Shown: positions 39,441-53,572 of the stretch, in pieces
Layout: each line of letters begins with the position of its first letter
How positions within the stretch are numbered: the first letter of the stretch is position 1
The notes under the pieces: model-generated
What the model saw: the letters and a program-made list of their open reading frames with translations, nothing else
Databases searched by the model: none
Told to the model about the DNA's origin: nothing
DNA from: Octopus vulgaris
Taxonomy: Eukaryota
NCBI GenBank assembly: GCA_951406725.2
Contig: OX597826.1
Span: 36,084,001-36,148,000 of the forward strand
Direction of reading: 5' to 3'
Length of the DNA stretch: 64,000 nt
Translations under genes and position numbers: made by a program

Positions 39441-39882
39441 TGAAGTGTAGTCAAAAAGTATCCAACCTTTGGCCAAAAAACCAAGTAATATTACAAAACT
39501 CACCATTTCGATTTAGTCTCCTTCAAAGTATTCACCATGGGGGTCTACACACTTCTGCCAGCTTTCCTACCACATCTGGAAACATTTGGGGATGCTGTAG
39601 AGCGGTGCCATTGAATTTTGCTTAATGTCCTCTGTTGATTCAAATTTTCTCTCTTCAAGTGTTTTTTTTTTATGCCTAGCAAATAGCCAAAAGCCACATG
39701 GAGCCAAGTCTGGGGAGCAGGAAGTCTGACGAACAAGTTGTGTGTTTTGCCTGATGAGAAATACTTGGATGACGTGGGCGGAATGAGCAGGTGCTTTGTC
39801 ATGATGGAGTTGTCAGTTCTTTGATGCTCACAAGCATTTTCACCACACAGCTTCATGAAAGGGACAAACACCACCGGATACA
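39441..39882 (-). mobile_element. Mariner 3' fragment, deleted
   Basis: TA + TIR-like TGAAGTGTAGTCAAAAAGTATCC; minus-strand SPDLAPCGFWLF and GEYFEGD. Confidence 0.8.
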
Positions 39883-40619
39883 CATATATATATGTGTGTG
39901 TGAGTGGGTTTTGATTTCTTCAAGTAAACTCTTTGAGGTGGTGCCCCAGTATGGCCACAGTCCACTGACTGAAACAAGTAAAAGATAAAAGCTGAAAGAT
40001 AGGAAATTTTAAAAATTAATTGAAATGAAGTCGATGGAATTTCACAGAAATATTGTAATGAAAGGGTTAATTCATGATGTGAAACAGTGACCCAAGGACT
40101 TGAAACTTCAAACAAAATTTGTTAATCCTGCAATTTCTATTTTGCCCCAAACTAAACTCCATCACACAAAATAGAATCGTTAGATTATTTGTCTTTTTTT
40201 TCATAATCAAATTAATAACCAATTAAATGAAACAGCCATCAAGATCAAACTATTTCATGAACCAAAAAATCTCTCTTGTCCCAATCTAACATACACAACC
40301 CTTAAACACACAAACATAGCAATAAGCAATACACATAATAAAATGATGGAAACAAAATGAATAAATATCAAATTAACCGATATGAAAGCCAGTCATTTCC
40401 TGGCCAAAATCGCTTCCAATAAATAGAGTGACCAATTCTCAAGTCTTCTACAATTGTCCAAAGGTTACTGTGCAGGATGAAACCACTGGTCATTGTGAAG
40501 TATTGAACTCTGCAACTCCCATGACACTTAGATACGTATACGTGCATTTATTTTTAAACACTCATACATTCATATATCTACATGATGTATGTGTGTGTGT
40601 CTATACCTATATGTGTGTT

Positions 40620-40652
<33 letters not shown>

Positions 40653-40703
40653 GTCTGTGTGCATAAATGTATATATATATCTGTGTATATATATATGTAT
40701 GTA

Positions 40704-40824
<121 letters not shown>

Positions 40825-40951
40825 GTATGTATATATATACATATATATCTGTGTGTATAAATATATATGCTAATATAAAAAGATATATATATTACATAAA
40901 ATAGTTTCCAAATTCTCTGATCTGCTCCTACATCACTCTTTCTCCCCTCTC

Positions 40952-41010
<59 letters not shown>

Positions 41011-41407
41011 TTCTCTTTCGCTTGTTCTTTCTGTCTTTTCTCAAATTCTTTATATTTCTATCACCCTCATCATTTCATTTGACAAAATAATCAATTCGAT
41101 AGACAAATAGGTTTCCAGGATTTTACTGATCAATATCAATTTGCAATGTAATTTATTTAACCTCCGAGACACATATAATTTAATGTGAAACATCAAAGAT
41201 AAAATTTCTCCTAGATAAATATGGCATAAACTCTCTAGTTTTAAGCTGTATAACAATATTTAGATTATACATGTAGACACACACTCACACACTAACACAC
41301 ACACACACACACACACATACACGCGGATGTACAGACATAGACATACAGCAAGGAAGACACATACACACACACACATACATAGGCACGTACACTCACACAT
41401 ATATAAG

Positions 41408-41439
<32 letters not shown>

Positions 41440-41441
41440 AG

Positions 41442-41476
<35 letters not shown>

Positions 41477-41549
41477 AAGTATATATTTATAGATATATGT
41501 ATGCAAACATATATATATATATTTGTATACATATATATATACTTGTATA

Positions 41550-41607
<58 letters not shown>

Positions 41608-41870
41608 ACGTGACACTTGAGTCGGATTAATAAACCATTTTATGCATAGTGGCACATAGATACTTTGCGTGAGTGCCTTTTCTTGTGTGTGTATGTGTAT
41701 GTGTATGTATGTATGTAAGTATGTATGTATGTATGTATATGTGTGTGTGTGGTAGCAGTAGTTGTTGGGGTTGAGACAAACTTTTCTTAAATACATTTCA
41801 AAAGCAGACCATTGTATTTCCATCAGCTAATTGGTCAGATCTTCCAAATAAAAGAACAACAAACCAAAAT

Positions 41871-42120
41871 GCGTGTGTGTGTGTGTGGCTGTGTGTAGTT
41901 ATATGCATGTATGTGTGTGTGTGTGCGTGTGTGGCTGTGTGTAGTTATATGCATGTATGTGCGTGTGTGTGTGTGTGTGTGGCTGTGTGTAGTTATATGC
42001 AAGTATGTGTGTGTGTGTGCGTGTGTGGCTGTGTGTAGTTATATGCATGTATGTGTGTGTGTGTGTGTGTGTGCGTGTGTGGCTGTGTGTAGTTATATGC
42101 ATGTATGTGTGTGTGTGTAT
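41871..42120. repeat. Five-copy ~42-46-bp minisatellite GTGTGGCTGTGTGTAGTTATATGCATGTAT(GT)n
   Basis: Direct reading; units nearly identical apart from (GT)n length. Confidence 0.92.
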
Positions 42121-42824
42121 GTGTGCACATACAAAATATGTGCCAATACATACATAGGCTAGGCACACATGTACATATATGTATGTGTGCTTGTATATAT
42201 ATATAGGCACACACACACACACAGAGTCATATGCAATAAACAATATAAGAGGATACAATAAAATACAGCAACAGTAACAACAACTTCTACTTTAGCTACA
42301 ACAACAAAAAACAACATCTACAACAACAAACGCTATGACAACAACATCAACAACAAAAGTCTCTCTACCAACAACCACATCTTTTATAAACCCACCCTTC
42401 AGATTTCGAAGCAGACCAATCAGATTATATTAGCTGGCATAGAATTTTTTTCGTTTTCTTTAATTCCAGAAAGCAATGACAGTTCATTTATTCTTTTAAT
42501 ATCTCCATTCAGAGAAATCAGATTCTTGAAACTGCTTTAATACCAATTTATGGCCATTTTTCTGCCAGGAATTTTTGAAACAAACTTCTGCAACTTTCTC
42601 CTAAAACCAAATGTCATCTTATTTAGAAGTCGTACTTGAATTCTTGATATTTCTGCTGCTAAATAGGATATTCTTTAATTGATGGCACGGAATGGTGTTT
42701 AGTATTTCTAAGATTGTCATTTTCTAGTCATGTGGTTCTGGTCTATTCAAGACTAATGTATAAATGCAAAGGTCTGACTGGCTTTTGGGTATTGTTTCCC
42801 TGTAAATCTTTTATCATTTATTCT

Positions 42825-43185
42825 TTATTTTTTACTCATTTCAGTCTGCAGCCATGCTGGGGCACCACATTGTAGAATTTTAGTTGAACGAATCAAGCCC
42901 GGCTCTTAAATACTTTTTTTTTAAAGAGAGGCACTTATTACATTGGTCTTTTTTGCCAAACTGGTAAGTCACAAGGATGTAACCAAACCAATACCATTTA
43001 TTAAGTGATGGTGGGGAACAAACACAGACATACAGATGTAGATATACATACATACATACATGTATGTGTGATGGGTTTCTTTCAGTTCCCTCCCCAAATC
43101 CCACTCACAAGGTAGAAGACACTCATTGAAGGTACCATACAGTGGGATTGAACCTGGGACCATGTGGTTGGGAAAGAAACTTCTC
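42825..43185 (-). mobile_element. SINE family B, diverged
   Basis: GCCATGCTGGGGCACC...TTTCAGTTCC...GGGATTGAACC...CCATGTGGTTGGGAA. Confidence 0.8.
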
Positions 43186-43261
43186 AGGTGCATGGTGTAG
43201 TGGTTAGGATGTTGCAATCACAATAAAAAGTTTGTATTTTCGATTCTTGAGCCAGGTAGTG

Positions 43262-43796
43262 AAAGCGCTACACTGGAAACTGGGCAAAAAGTGAGGGCTA
43301 AAGAGAGGCAAAACATGGTATGAGCACAAGCCACAGACAGTGATGGAATTGGAGACTATCAAAATCCTCTGGGATTACCCAATCCAAATAGATCAGGTGC
43401 TAGAGCATAACAGACTTGACCTAGTGGAAGTCGACAACATGTACTACATGTGCTATATAATTGATGTTGCATGCCCCTTTGACCCACAAATAGTCAAGAA
43501 GGAAGGTGCAAGATAGATAAATACAACCCTCTTATATACAAAATAGCCTGGCTATGGAAAATGAAGTAGGTGAAGATAATGCCAATTATTGTTGGGTCCT
43601 TGGGAACAGTATCAGAAGGCATCAAGGGAAATATAAACTGTTACAAAAGGTTTTTCCTCCTTGGCATGGCCAAAATAATCAGGAAAGTATTAGATAGTTG
43701 AAAAGAACAGATAGCATGGTACCAAAGGCTGCAGGTGGCAAGCCTCCTATGCATGCAAGACTCCAGGGGTTCCAACAAAACCTATGATAAAAAGAA

Positions 43797-43848
<52 letters not shown>
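43262..43848 (+). mobile_element. R4/Dong-like non-LTR retrotransposon 3' end (restriction-like endonuclease domain) ending in (TAA)n
   Basis: LHWKL...WYEHKP..V.E...KILWD.PIQ.D..LEHNR.D.V....IIDVACPFD..I.KKE...DKY..L...IA.LW...V.I.PII.G.LG, with stops and a frameshift. Confidence 0.9.
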
Positions 43849-43849
<1 letters not shown>

Positions 43850-44116
43850 GGATAATATCCTGGGACCTTTTGAGACTGATGGGCTACTCAGCTCAAAGAA
43901 AATTCTAACTGAGCCCCCCACCTGCAAGATCATGCACTGCTTATCTTGATATGAAATCACCATGTCGCGCACATATAGTTGTGATGCATGTGCCTGGTGT
44001 ACCCTTACCAAATGGGTAGTCATGATGAGTATACTGGGCTTAATTTATTTGTACCCTAGTGTCACTTTGATGGTGTGTGCTGCTCTTTTATTCAATAATA
44101 ATGATAATTATTATTT

Positions 44117-44322
44117 CAAATTTTTGCCACAAGGGCAGCTTGGGAGAAATAGGGATGAGTCAATTACATTGACCCCGGTGTTGAACTGGTACTTAATTTA
44201 TTGACCCTGAAAGGATGAAAGGCAAAGTTGACTCCGGTAGCATTTGAACTCAGGACATAGCAACAGGTGAAATACTGCTAAGCATTTTGTCTGGTGCACT
44301 AACCATTCTGCCAGCTTGCGCC
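44117..44322 (-). mobile_element. SINE family A
   Basis: AACTGGTACTTAATTTATTGACCC...GGATGAAAGGCAAAGTTGAC...TTCTGCCAGCTTGCGCC. Confidence 0.85.
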
Positions 44323-47134
44323 TTTCACTCACTCAATAATAATAATAACAGTTTAAACATCAACTTTTCCTGTTTTTCCTGGCAATTATGGCCAGATGCC
44401 TTATCTCTTGTCAACCTCCATCTGTTTTTGAGCAAAGCAATATTTCCTCATAATCAGATATGTTTTCCTGGAAGATTGGAAAGGATGAAGACAGCATGAT
44501 GCTACATGAGAAGGATCCCTTTTAAGGACTATTATATGCTGTCAAGTCAAGGGGGAAACAAGCACACGCACACACACACACATACATACACACATACGCA
44601 CATACATTTATACATGCATACACATTTGCATTCATTAAGTTATATTTATCTATATAAAAGCACCTATTTATGTATTCATTTATATATGTATACTTATCTA
44701 TATCTACAAGTACTATGTGTATATTCACATAAACTTATGTGTGTGTGTATACATATACATATATATGGATACACACACACACATATATATTCATGTGTAT
44801 ATATTCACACACATATATATATACATGTGTATATATATATGTATTATATATATATATGTGTTTATATATATATATATATATATATAAGCCAGCAGGGAAG
44901 GTGGATGTTAAACAATGATGATGATGATATATATCTTTGTACGCATATGTATCTACATAGATATGAGTGCTTTTATGTGAGAATGACATGCCTACTTTGC
45001 ATGTGCATGTGTGTGTCTGCATTCGAGTGTATGCATGTGTGTGTGTGGGGGGGGGGTAATAGCACTTTGTCATCCAATCATGAAATTTTGGTGTGTTTCC
45101 AGGTCAGTGAAGTCCTGAGGTCTTGTTTAAGCCCAGAGGTCGTATTGAGGCAAAGAGGTCACATTGGGAATGGAAGAGCAACAAAGAATAAATATTTCTG
45201 TCATTTATTTATTGACCTAGAGAAAGTTCCTCATTCTATCTGACAGTCTCAGAAGGAAGATAAGTGCTATGTGTTCCAGTGCTGCATATATAATACGCTC
45301 CCAGTTACAGACGGTATCGGCTATGTTAATTACTATGAGGTCTGTCATTATTCAAAAGAAAATTACTGAATTACAGAAAACACATTTCTGTATTATAAGC
45401 AACAGGTGTAGTTGTATGTGTTTGTGTCCTGAAGAGAGTTGTCTAATACAAACCCCAATAAAAATAGGTTTTACTGCCTATGGTGTTTTGAGATGATTCA
45501 TGATGGATCTTTGTCATGAGTTTTTGGTTGTTTGATTGTCCTTGTTATGTCTAATCCCAATGGCACCATGTTTACCCTTATTCCTAGTCCTACCTCCAAA
45601 GCACAATATGCCTTTGGAATCTCCAAACTGCTTATGTTCTTCCTACATGTGTTGTTGTATGACATTTCTAATGGAGCATTAGTGTTTTCAGATTCACTGA
45701 TCTCAGAAGACTCTCAAATTTCATGGACACTGATCCTTCAACCACACTCAGCATGTGAAAATAAAATTTAAAAAATGATAACAAAATTCATCCTTTAGAT
45801 CAGTGGTCCTTAACCCTTTCTTCCATATGGACCCCTTTGATTCTTATTTTACTCATATGGACCCCTATAGCCATTTGACATTTAAAAAAATTGTGAAAAT
45901 GTTTTGCGCATTTGACCCCAGTGTTCAACTGGTACTTAATTTACTGACCCAGAAAGTTGACCCAGGTGGTATTTGAACTCAGGAGGCAGCGACAGGAGAA
46001 AATAAGAGAGGTTGGAAATTCCCAACGGTTAATTAATTATGCAACTAAAATCTAATTAGGAAATTAATTTTACAAAATTAGAAAAAAATTCTGAGAGATC
46101 AGTAACAATTCATGTTCATGTTCATAAAGTGAGAAACAGAGAAAAAGTATTTTAGATGGGTATGTCATGATTGGACTCATAATGCCATGCATGACATGGA
46201 TACCATGGTGTATCTGTGCCTGAGATGTCAGTCAGAGGAACAGTCCATCCTCTGACTGACACACTGGTCTGTGATTGGGCCAAAATACCAGTCCGTTCTT
46301 GGGACTCATTTACAGCCGAGTACACTTTTAGCGATGTGAAATGAAGTGTCTTGCTCAAGAAAACAATGCACTGCCTGGCCCAAGAGTCGAAAATACAAAC
46401 TTTTTATTGTGAATGCAACATACTAATCACTACATCCTACCACCACTTGACAACTTGTGTTGGTTTGTTTGCATCCTTGTAACTTAGCAGGTCATCAAAA
46501 CAGACCAATAGAATAAGTACCAGACTGAAAGGAAAAAGGTAGTGGGGTCCATATGTTTAACTAAAAATTTAATAACGAGCATAAAAAACAAAATAAATAA
46601 AAGGAATTAAAATTCTTGGTTTCGGTCTTCTCCATCTTATGACTGAACAATGGCTTTCTAAACAATTTTCTAACATTGTTGATTTAGTTAACCATTATAA
46701 TTCTTAGAATGTCGACAGAAAGAAGCAAACCGTTCCAACAGTCTTCTTTTATTATCTTTCTATCAACTGGTGTGTATCTTTCATAATTCCATTCTCTGTT
46801 TATCCAAATATCTCCAAATGAACTTTGACATTCATAAAGAATATTTCTGACTTTTCCCAAGACATCAACATCAATTCAAAATATATTCCAGTCTCTTCAG
46901 TTCTTGACTTCATTAAACCTTTAACACGTTTCTATGAAAATAAAATTTTTTAAAAAAGGGGTACAGTGATCAACACAAACAATAAGAAAATATGGTGGAA
47001 GAACTTGATATTTGTTTTTTTTTGTTGTTGTTTGGTTTATCTGGGGAAAAATTTTACAAATATAATGCAATATAATCTATTTAACGAGGTATTCTATTTC
47101 GTCAGTTGTTATCACCTGATATTTTATTTCTTCA

Positions 47135-47575
<441 letters not shown>

Positions 47576-48651
47576 TTGTATTATAATCTTCTATCAAGGT
47601 GAGTAAAACTATTTTCTGCCCCAAAAGATTTGCTCAATCAATATTTGCTATTGATCACATAGTGAGAACATTGCCAGAAGCTAGGGAAATGGTACATTTG
47701 TGATTAACAATCTTTGCCCTGGATCAAATATCAAGTGTGTCTTTTCAAATATGTTTTATGGATTAAAAAGTACCCTCAAGTGACTGCAACTAAATTCAGA
47801 TGCAGACACTATCAGCCACCCTTTCGTAAAAAATAAAAAAAAAAAAAAAAAGAAAACCAGAAGATTCCATTTCCCTAAAGGAAGAGAAGGTGTGTTGCGA
47901 TGGCTTCCTTTGTTTTCTTGTTATTTATCGACTGTGAGCAAAGAGAACAGTGCCATTGTAAACTGAAGGAGACAGCACTATCCTTTACCAAAATAGGCCT
48001 CTCTCTCATTCTTCCTCTCTCTTTGATTCTTTCTCTCTCCCTTTATGTCTGAAGGGGATAAAAATAAAACAAGACATGTTAAAGAACATCAACAAATAAA
48101 AATGATTTTCCATTAAATTGGGGAAAAAATGTAAAAAAATAAAAATAGAAACAAATATCAAACACAGGTAATTTAGATTCAATCAATTTATTTTTAAACT
48201 TTGATCGCAGATACTAAACTTGGTGCCAGTAGGTAGAATTATTGGTAAGGTAAGAAATTCTTGTGTTTTTTTCTTAGGTTTCTTGGTTTTTTGCTTTAAG
48301 ATTTGTTCATTTTGATCTCTGTTTTCTGTCTGTCTGTCTGTATATCTGTCTCTTTGTCTGTTTGTCTGTCTCTCATCAGCACCACCATCACCCCCATCAT
48401 AACCTTCTCCACCACCATCTCCATCATCATCATCATCATCATTGTCTTTATTGTAGTCGTCATTGTCATCACCACCACTACCACCACCAGTACCAGCAGC
48501 AGTACCACCACCACCAGCACCAGCACCACCACCACCACCACCACTAATACTACCATCATTTACATCTATTTTTCAATGATGGTATGGGTTAGACAGGTTT
48601 TCCTCTCTTTCATATATCATATACATAAGCATTTTTATGTATGCAGATATA

Positions 48652-48687
<36 letters not shown>

Positions 48688-49378
48688 TGTATGTATGTAT
48701 GTATGTATGTATGTATGTATTATGTATGTATTATGTATGTATGTATGTATGTACACACACACACACATTCACACATATACTAGGATCAACATGCACATAT
48801 GCACACACACACACACACACACTGCGCATGTGTATTAGCTAATAAAAGACTTCTGGCATTTTACACTTAGTTCACTCCAGAGGAATACAAACTTAACCAA
48901 GAAAACTAAAAGAGATTGTGCAATATATTTCAGAGTATTTATAAGGTTAAAGGTTGAAGGTTAGAATATAAACAATATTTTATAGATATACTAAATAGTC
49001 GTTTTCTTCAATATTGAAAGAAAAAATTCATGTATATATATATATTTATTTACGTGTGTATGCATGTGTATGTGTGCGTGTGTGTCTGTGTTTATGCATG
49101 CATACATGTATATATTTATGCATGAATGTATGAATTTTGTATTTGAAAATGCAGTGTGAAGTAGAATATAAATAACTTTTATTTGTAGAATAAAAGGAAA
49201 GCCATGGATGTGGTGAGTATTCAAACTCTGAGTTATTTACTTTTGCATCTACACTTCATTAAAAAAAATATTAACATTTTATTTATTTTATTTTATTCAT
49301 TTTATTCACACTTTCTCTGGTTATGAGCAAATAGGAAGAGCATTGCCCAAGAATGGTACGAGGAATGCAGGAAACAAG

Positions 49379-49815
49379 GGATCTTTTCGGTCTGAACGGC
49401 AATTTTTTCTAGCGGTGTCATATGAAATTGTCACCCATAATTATGACCCTAGTATCGATCTATTGCATTTCAATCTATTTTAGGGTTAGGGTTAGTTAGG
49501 GTTAGGATTATGGTTAGGGGTGGGGGAAGGGTATCTTTTTTTCTTCACAAATGTAAATAAACCCAATCTGTTTCTTAAATGAGGGACATATTCATATGGC
49601 ACAGAATGTTGTTTACCTCAATGGACGTCAGTGATTGGTTGAAATTGTAGAAATTGAAGAAAAAAACAACAAATATCTTACAAACTATAGAATTTTCTCA
49701 ATAAAGCCAAGAGAAAAAGATGTTTTATAAACACATTCTACTAGTATACGAAATTTAAAATTTTTTAGTTACCTAGAGATTATATTAAAAACTACTGTTC
49801 AAACCAAAAAGATCT
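49379..49815. mobile_element. 437-bp Merlin-like MITE containing telomere-like TTAGGG repeats
   Basis: Imperfect ~28-bp TIR GGATCTTTTCGGTCTGAACGGCAATTTT / AAAACTACTGTTCAAACCAAAAAGATCT; 8-bp TSD GAAACAAG/GAAACATG; TTAGGG run 49480-49520. Confidence 0.8.
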
Positions 49816-50139
49816 GAAACATGTTTCCAAAATTTGACCTGACTCCAATGCACAAAAAGAGAATGGTGCTACCACCTGGTGTAAGACAGCACAAAATGTA
49901 CCCAATAACAGCCGCTAGCATTTATCTAAGGGGCAGATTATGTCTACTACAGAAAAACAGAAATAACAAGGTGCGCTGCCATGGCTGTGTGGTAAGAATC
50001 TTGCTTGGTTCAGGGTTCAGTTCCATAATGTGGCACCTTGAATAAGTGTCTTCTACTATAGCCTAGGACAAACCAAAGCTTTGTGAGTAGATTTGGCAGT
50101 TGGCAGAAAGACATTGAAAAAAGACAATCATATATTTAC

Positions 50140-50170
<31 letters not shown>

Positions 50171-50171
<1 letters not shown>

Positions 50172-51279
50172 GGCTAGAAAAATACCCAGAACCACAACTT
50201 CATAATCACAGCACTGAAATTTATCCTCCAGAACAATTATTTCATGTTCGATATAGTTTACTATCGACAAAATGTGGAATTACAATGGGAACTCGAGCTG
50301 TCCCAGTGTAATGGGTTGTCTAGAACTTAAGATATACCAATTAACACAACAAAAATATGAGGAGAACTGTAAAAGGTACTTAAATGATTACTTTATACTT
50401 TGGAACGATATCATGGACAAACTCCTCGATTTCAAAATAATGCTCAACCATATCAAAAGCAAGATACAATTCACCATGGAACACAGCAATAAAAATTCCT
50501 TTTCTTGTCATCCGAATTAAAATAGTCAATAATTACATCAAAACGGATATCTTTTATAGACCCACAAATTCAAAACAATACCTATTATTCAAATCATGCC
50601 ACCCCAAACACATAAAAATTAATATGCCTTATAATCTAGTGAAAAGAATTTGTATCATAGTTTCGGATACCAATACCTGTGGACTAAGATTCCATGAACT
50701 TAAATCAACTCTAATCAGGAGACATTACCCAACTGCATTAATAGATGATGGGATGAAATGAGCAAAGGAATTAGACACAGAAATATTCAGGAAAGTTAGC
50801 CGAAATATTACACCAAATTTAAAAGTACTCCCATACACCTCCACACATAACCCAAGAAACAATTAAGCATTCGACATCATCATCCAAAATCTACCCATTC
50901 TCATTGGAGATAAAACAACGAACGAAATTTGGGGTCACACAAAATTATCAAAAGCAAAATGCAACCGAAATATTAACTGGCACAAGAATATATCCTTTAA
51001 CAATGGAACCAAAAGTTGAATAATGCAGCTGGCCCATGTCACATGCCCCCACCTTTTGGAGACTACAGAATTTTACGTCAAACAAGGTGAAATATTCAAG
51101 ATAAAGTCAAATTTTACTCGTGCATCTGCAAACCTAATCTATGTTATTACCTGCTTAGGTTGCGGAAACCGCTATATAGGTCAAACACGAATGTCCCTCA
51201 GGAAAAGAACAACACTTTACAAAGAACAAATCCACTTCCCACAATGTACACAAATACAGGTCAGTGAGCACATAGATAG
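50171..51279 (+). pseudogene. Penelope-like element: C-terminal reverse transcriptase plus GIY-YIG endonuclease, decayed
   Basis: FILQNNYFMF...YRQ / GITMGT..VP / RYLNDYFILW / IQFTMEHS / TDIFYRPTNSKQYLLFKSCHPKHIK / NLIYVITCLGCGNRYIGQT..L..R; begins right after (TA)n and is cut by a SINE. Confidence 0.92.
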
Positions 51280-51432
51280 ATTCCGCCGAGGTTGACTTTG
51301 CCTTTCATCCTTTCGGGGTCGATAAATTAAGTACCAGTTATGCACTGGGGTCGATGTAATCGACTTAATCCGTTTATCTGTCCTTGTTTGTCCCCTCTGT
51401 GTGTAGCCCCTTGTGGGTAGTAAAAAAAAAAA
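51279..51432 (+). mobile_element. 5'-truncated SINE family A
   Basis: ATTCCGCCGAGGTTGACTTTGCC...CCCCTTGTGGGTAGTAAA. Confidence 0.9.
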
Positions 51433-51488
<56 letters not shown>

Positions 51489-52654
51489 GGCAGTGAGCTG
51501 GTAGAATTCTTTGTATGCTGGACAAAATGCTGAACAGAATTGCATCTGTTTTTGTGTTCTGAGTTCAAATTGATCATTAAGGGATGATGATGATGATGAT
51601 GATACATGTGTGAATAGGCATGTGTGTGTGTGTGCATATGTGTGTATGTGTGTGTGCATGTTTTCCACAGAGCTAAGCCAAGAAACAATAACACAGAGTA
51701 CATTAGAATGCAGTGCTTAGAATCTGGTTTGAACTAATGACCTCAACACAAACAATGTGAGTCAACGAAACGTACCTCTCAACGGGCATAATTAAAATAT
51801 TGATAGTATTAACCTTACACTCTTAGAATAATTGCAAATGATATTGAGTTTGTCTGTTGTAATGACATATTGACATGAAGAATATTTATCTTGAGACTCT
51901 GAACAAAGAACAGATTCTCTAAGTGTTGCCATATATTTCTGTATTGGCATATTTGGCAGATGTAATGGTGAAGAAAAGCAGTTCTTTTAAATTGGATGTC
52001 ATTAAGAACATGGTTGATTCAGAGCAAATGTATGATTGACAGATGTTTGAATGTCCCCCTCCCCATATAACTTCATTAATTATCTCATGTAGATTTTTTT
52101 CTTTCTTTTTTTTTGGTCAAGATAACGATTTGTCTAACATTCTTGAAAAGTCCATGAATTAAGCAATGTTATTAAATTATGCTGAGATATTCTGGAGATT
52201 GTCAGAACAATTTCTTTTATCACTGCACTAAGAAGAAAAACAATTGACATTTTAGCTTCCAAATCTCTTGCCTCTTTATCTTAGGAATGTTATTTTCTAC
52301 TGAAAGCTCTTATTAATTAGTAATGAATGTCGTTATTAATTAGTAAATTGGTTAGGGATTTATCGCTTGTTGAATATAATGAACCTGCAAAAATTATAGA
52401 ATTATGGGAATAACTCTGCATAATTATTATTTTATCTTTTTATACAGGTACACTATATCATTATTATACAGGTATGTCATTTTAAAATTTTACAGGTGTG
52501 CAGATCTATTACATTATAGACATATAGCTTTGCTACATTATATTTATACAGGTGTATTATTTGATAATTGTACACCTGCACCTGCTATCATACAGACTTT
52601 ATATGTTACATCACACACTTTTACTGCAATATATTATGCAGGTGTTAATATTTA

Positions 52655-53025
52655 TCTGTTTTACTTATTTTAGTCATTAGACTGCGACCATGCTGGAACT
52701 CCACCTTGAAGGATTTTTCTAGTCAAATGAATTGACCTTAGAACTTATTTCTTTTCTTCTTTATAAGCCTGGTACTTATTCAGTCAGTCTTTTTTGCTGA
52801 ACGATTAAGTTACAGGGATGTAAAAACACCAACACCAGTTGTCAAGAGGTGATGAGGGAGAAGTACAAACACAAGGACTCGCATACACACACATATATGT
52901 ACATACCCAACAAGCTTCTCAGCCTGAGTCTTTAATAGAAGACACTTGACTAAGGTGCCAGGCAGTGGGACTGAACCTGGAACGATGGGGTTAGCAAGCA
53001 AACTTCTTACCACACAGCCACGCCT
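52655..53025 (-). mobile_element. SINE family B (left member of head-to-head pair)
   Basis: Full homology to 34731-35130. Confidence 0.85.
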
Positions 53026-53059
53026 TATTGAATGACAATTGGCCAAGTGAATATCAAAG

Positions 53060-53462
53060 GTTCAGGTTTGGCTGTGTTGTAAGAAGCTTGCTTCCTGAAC
53101 ATGCTATTTTGGTTTCAGTCCCACTGAGTGGCACCTTGGGCAAGTGTCTTCTGTTAAAGTCTCAGGTCAGCTAAAGCCTTGTGAATGGATTTAGGAGATG
53201 GAAACTGAAAGAAGCCTGTCGTATGAGTGTGTGTGTCTTTGTGTCTGTGTTTGTTCTCACCACATCTTGACAACCGGTGTTGGTGTGTTTACATCCCCAT
53301 AAGCTAGTAGTTTGGTCAAATAGACCACACCGATAGAATAAGTACCAGGTTTGCAAAGAAGTAGAAAATGAAGTGCTGGGGTTGATTCATTCAACTATAA
53401 ATTCTTCCAAGCTGGTGCCCCAGCATGGCCACAATCTAATGACTGAAACAAGTAAAACGTAA
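53060..53462 (+). mobile_element. SINE family B (right member of head-to-head pair)
   Basis: TGGCTGTGTTGTAAGAAGCTTGC...GACTGAAACAAGTAAAA. Confidence 0.88.
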
Positions 53463-53572
53463 ATGGTAAGAAGTAGAATGTGAGACACACAGACATGATT
53501 GCAGCTCATTTCATATTTCTAAGAATCCACAATAAACCATTGTTGTAGAGTTATTAATTACTTTGCACTAAT

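Noticed and set aside
45180-45260. LFIDLEK peptide at the end of the 245-aa ORF
   Set aside because: Probably a tiny RTE reverse-transcriptase scrap; too short to delimit, and the rest of the ORF is microsatellite.
49480-49520. Chromosome end or fusion site
   Set aside because: Short, degenerate, single orientation and internal to a TIR element.
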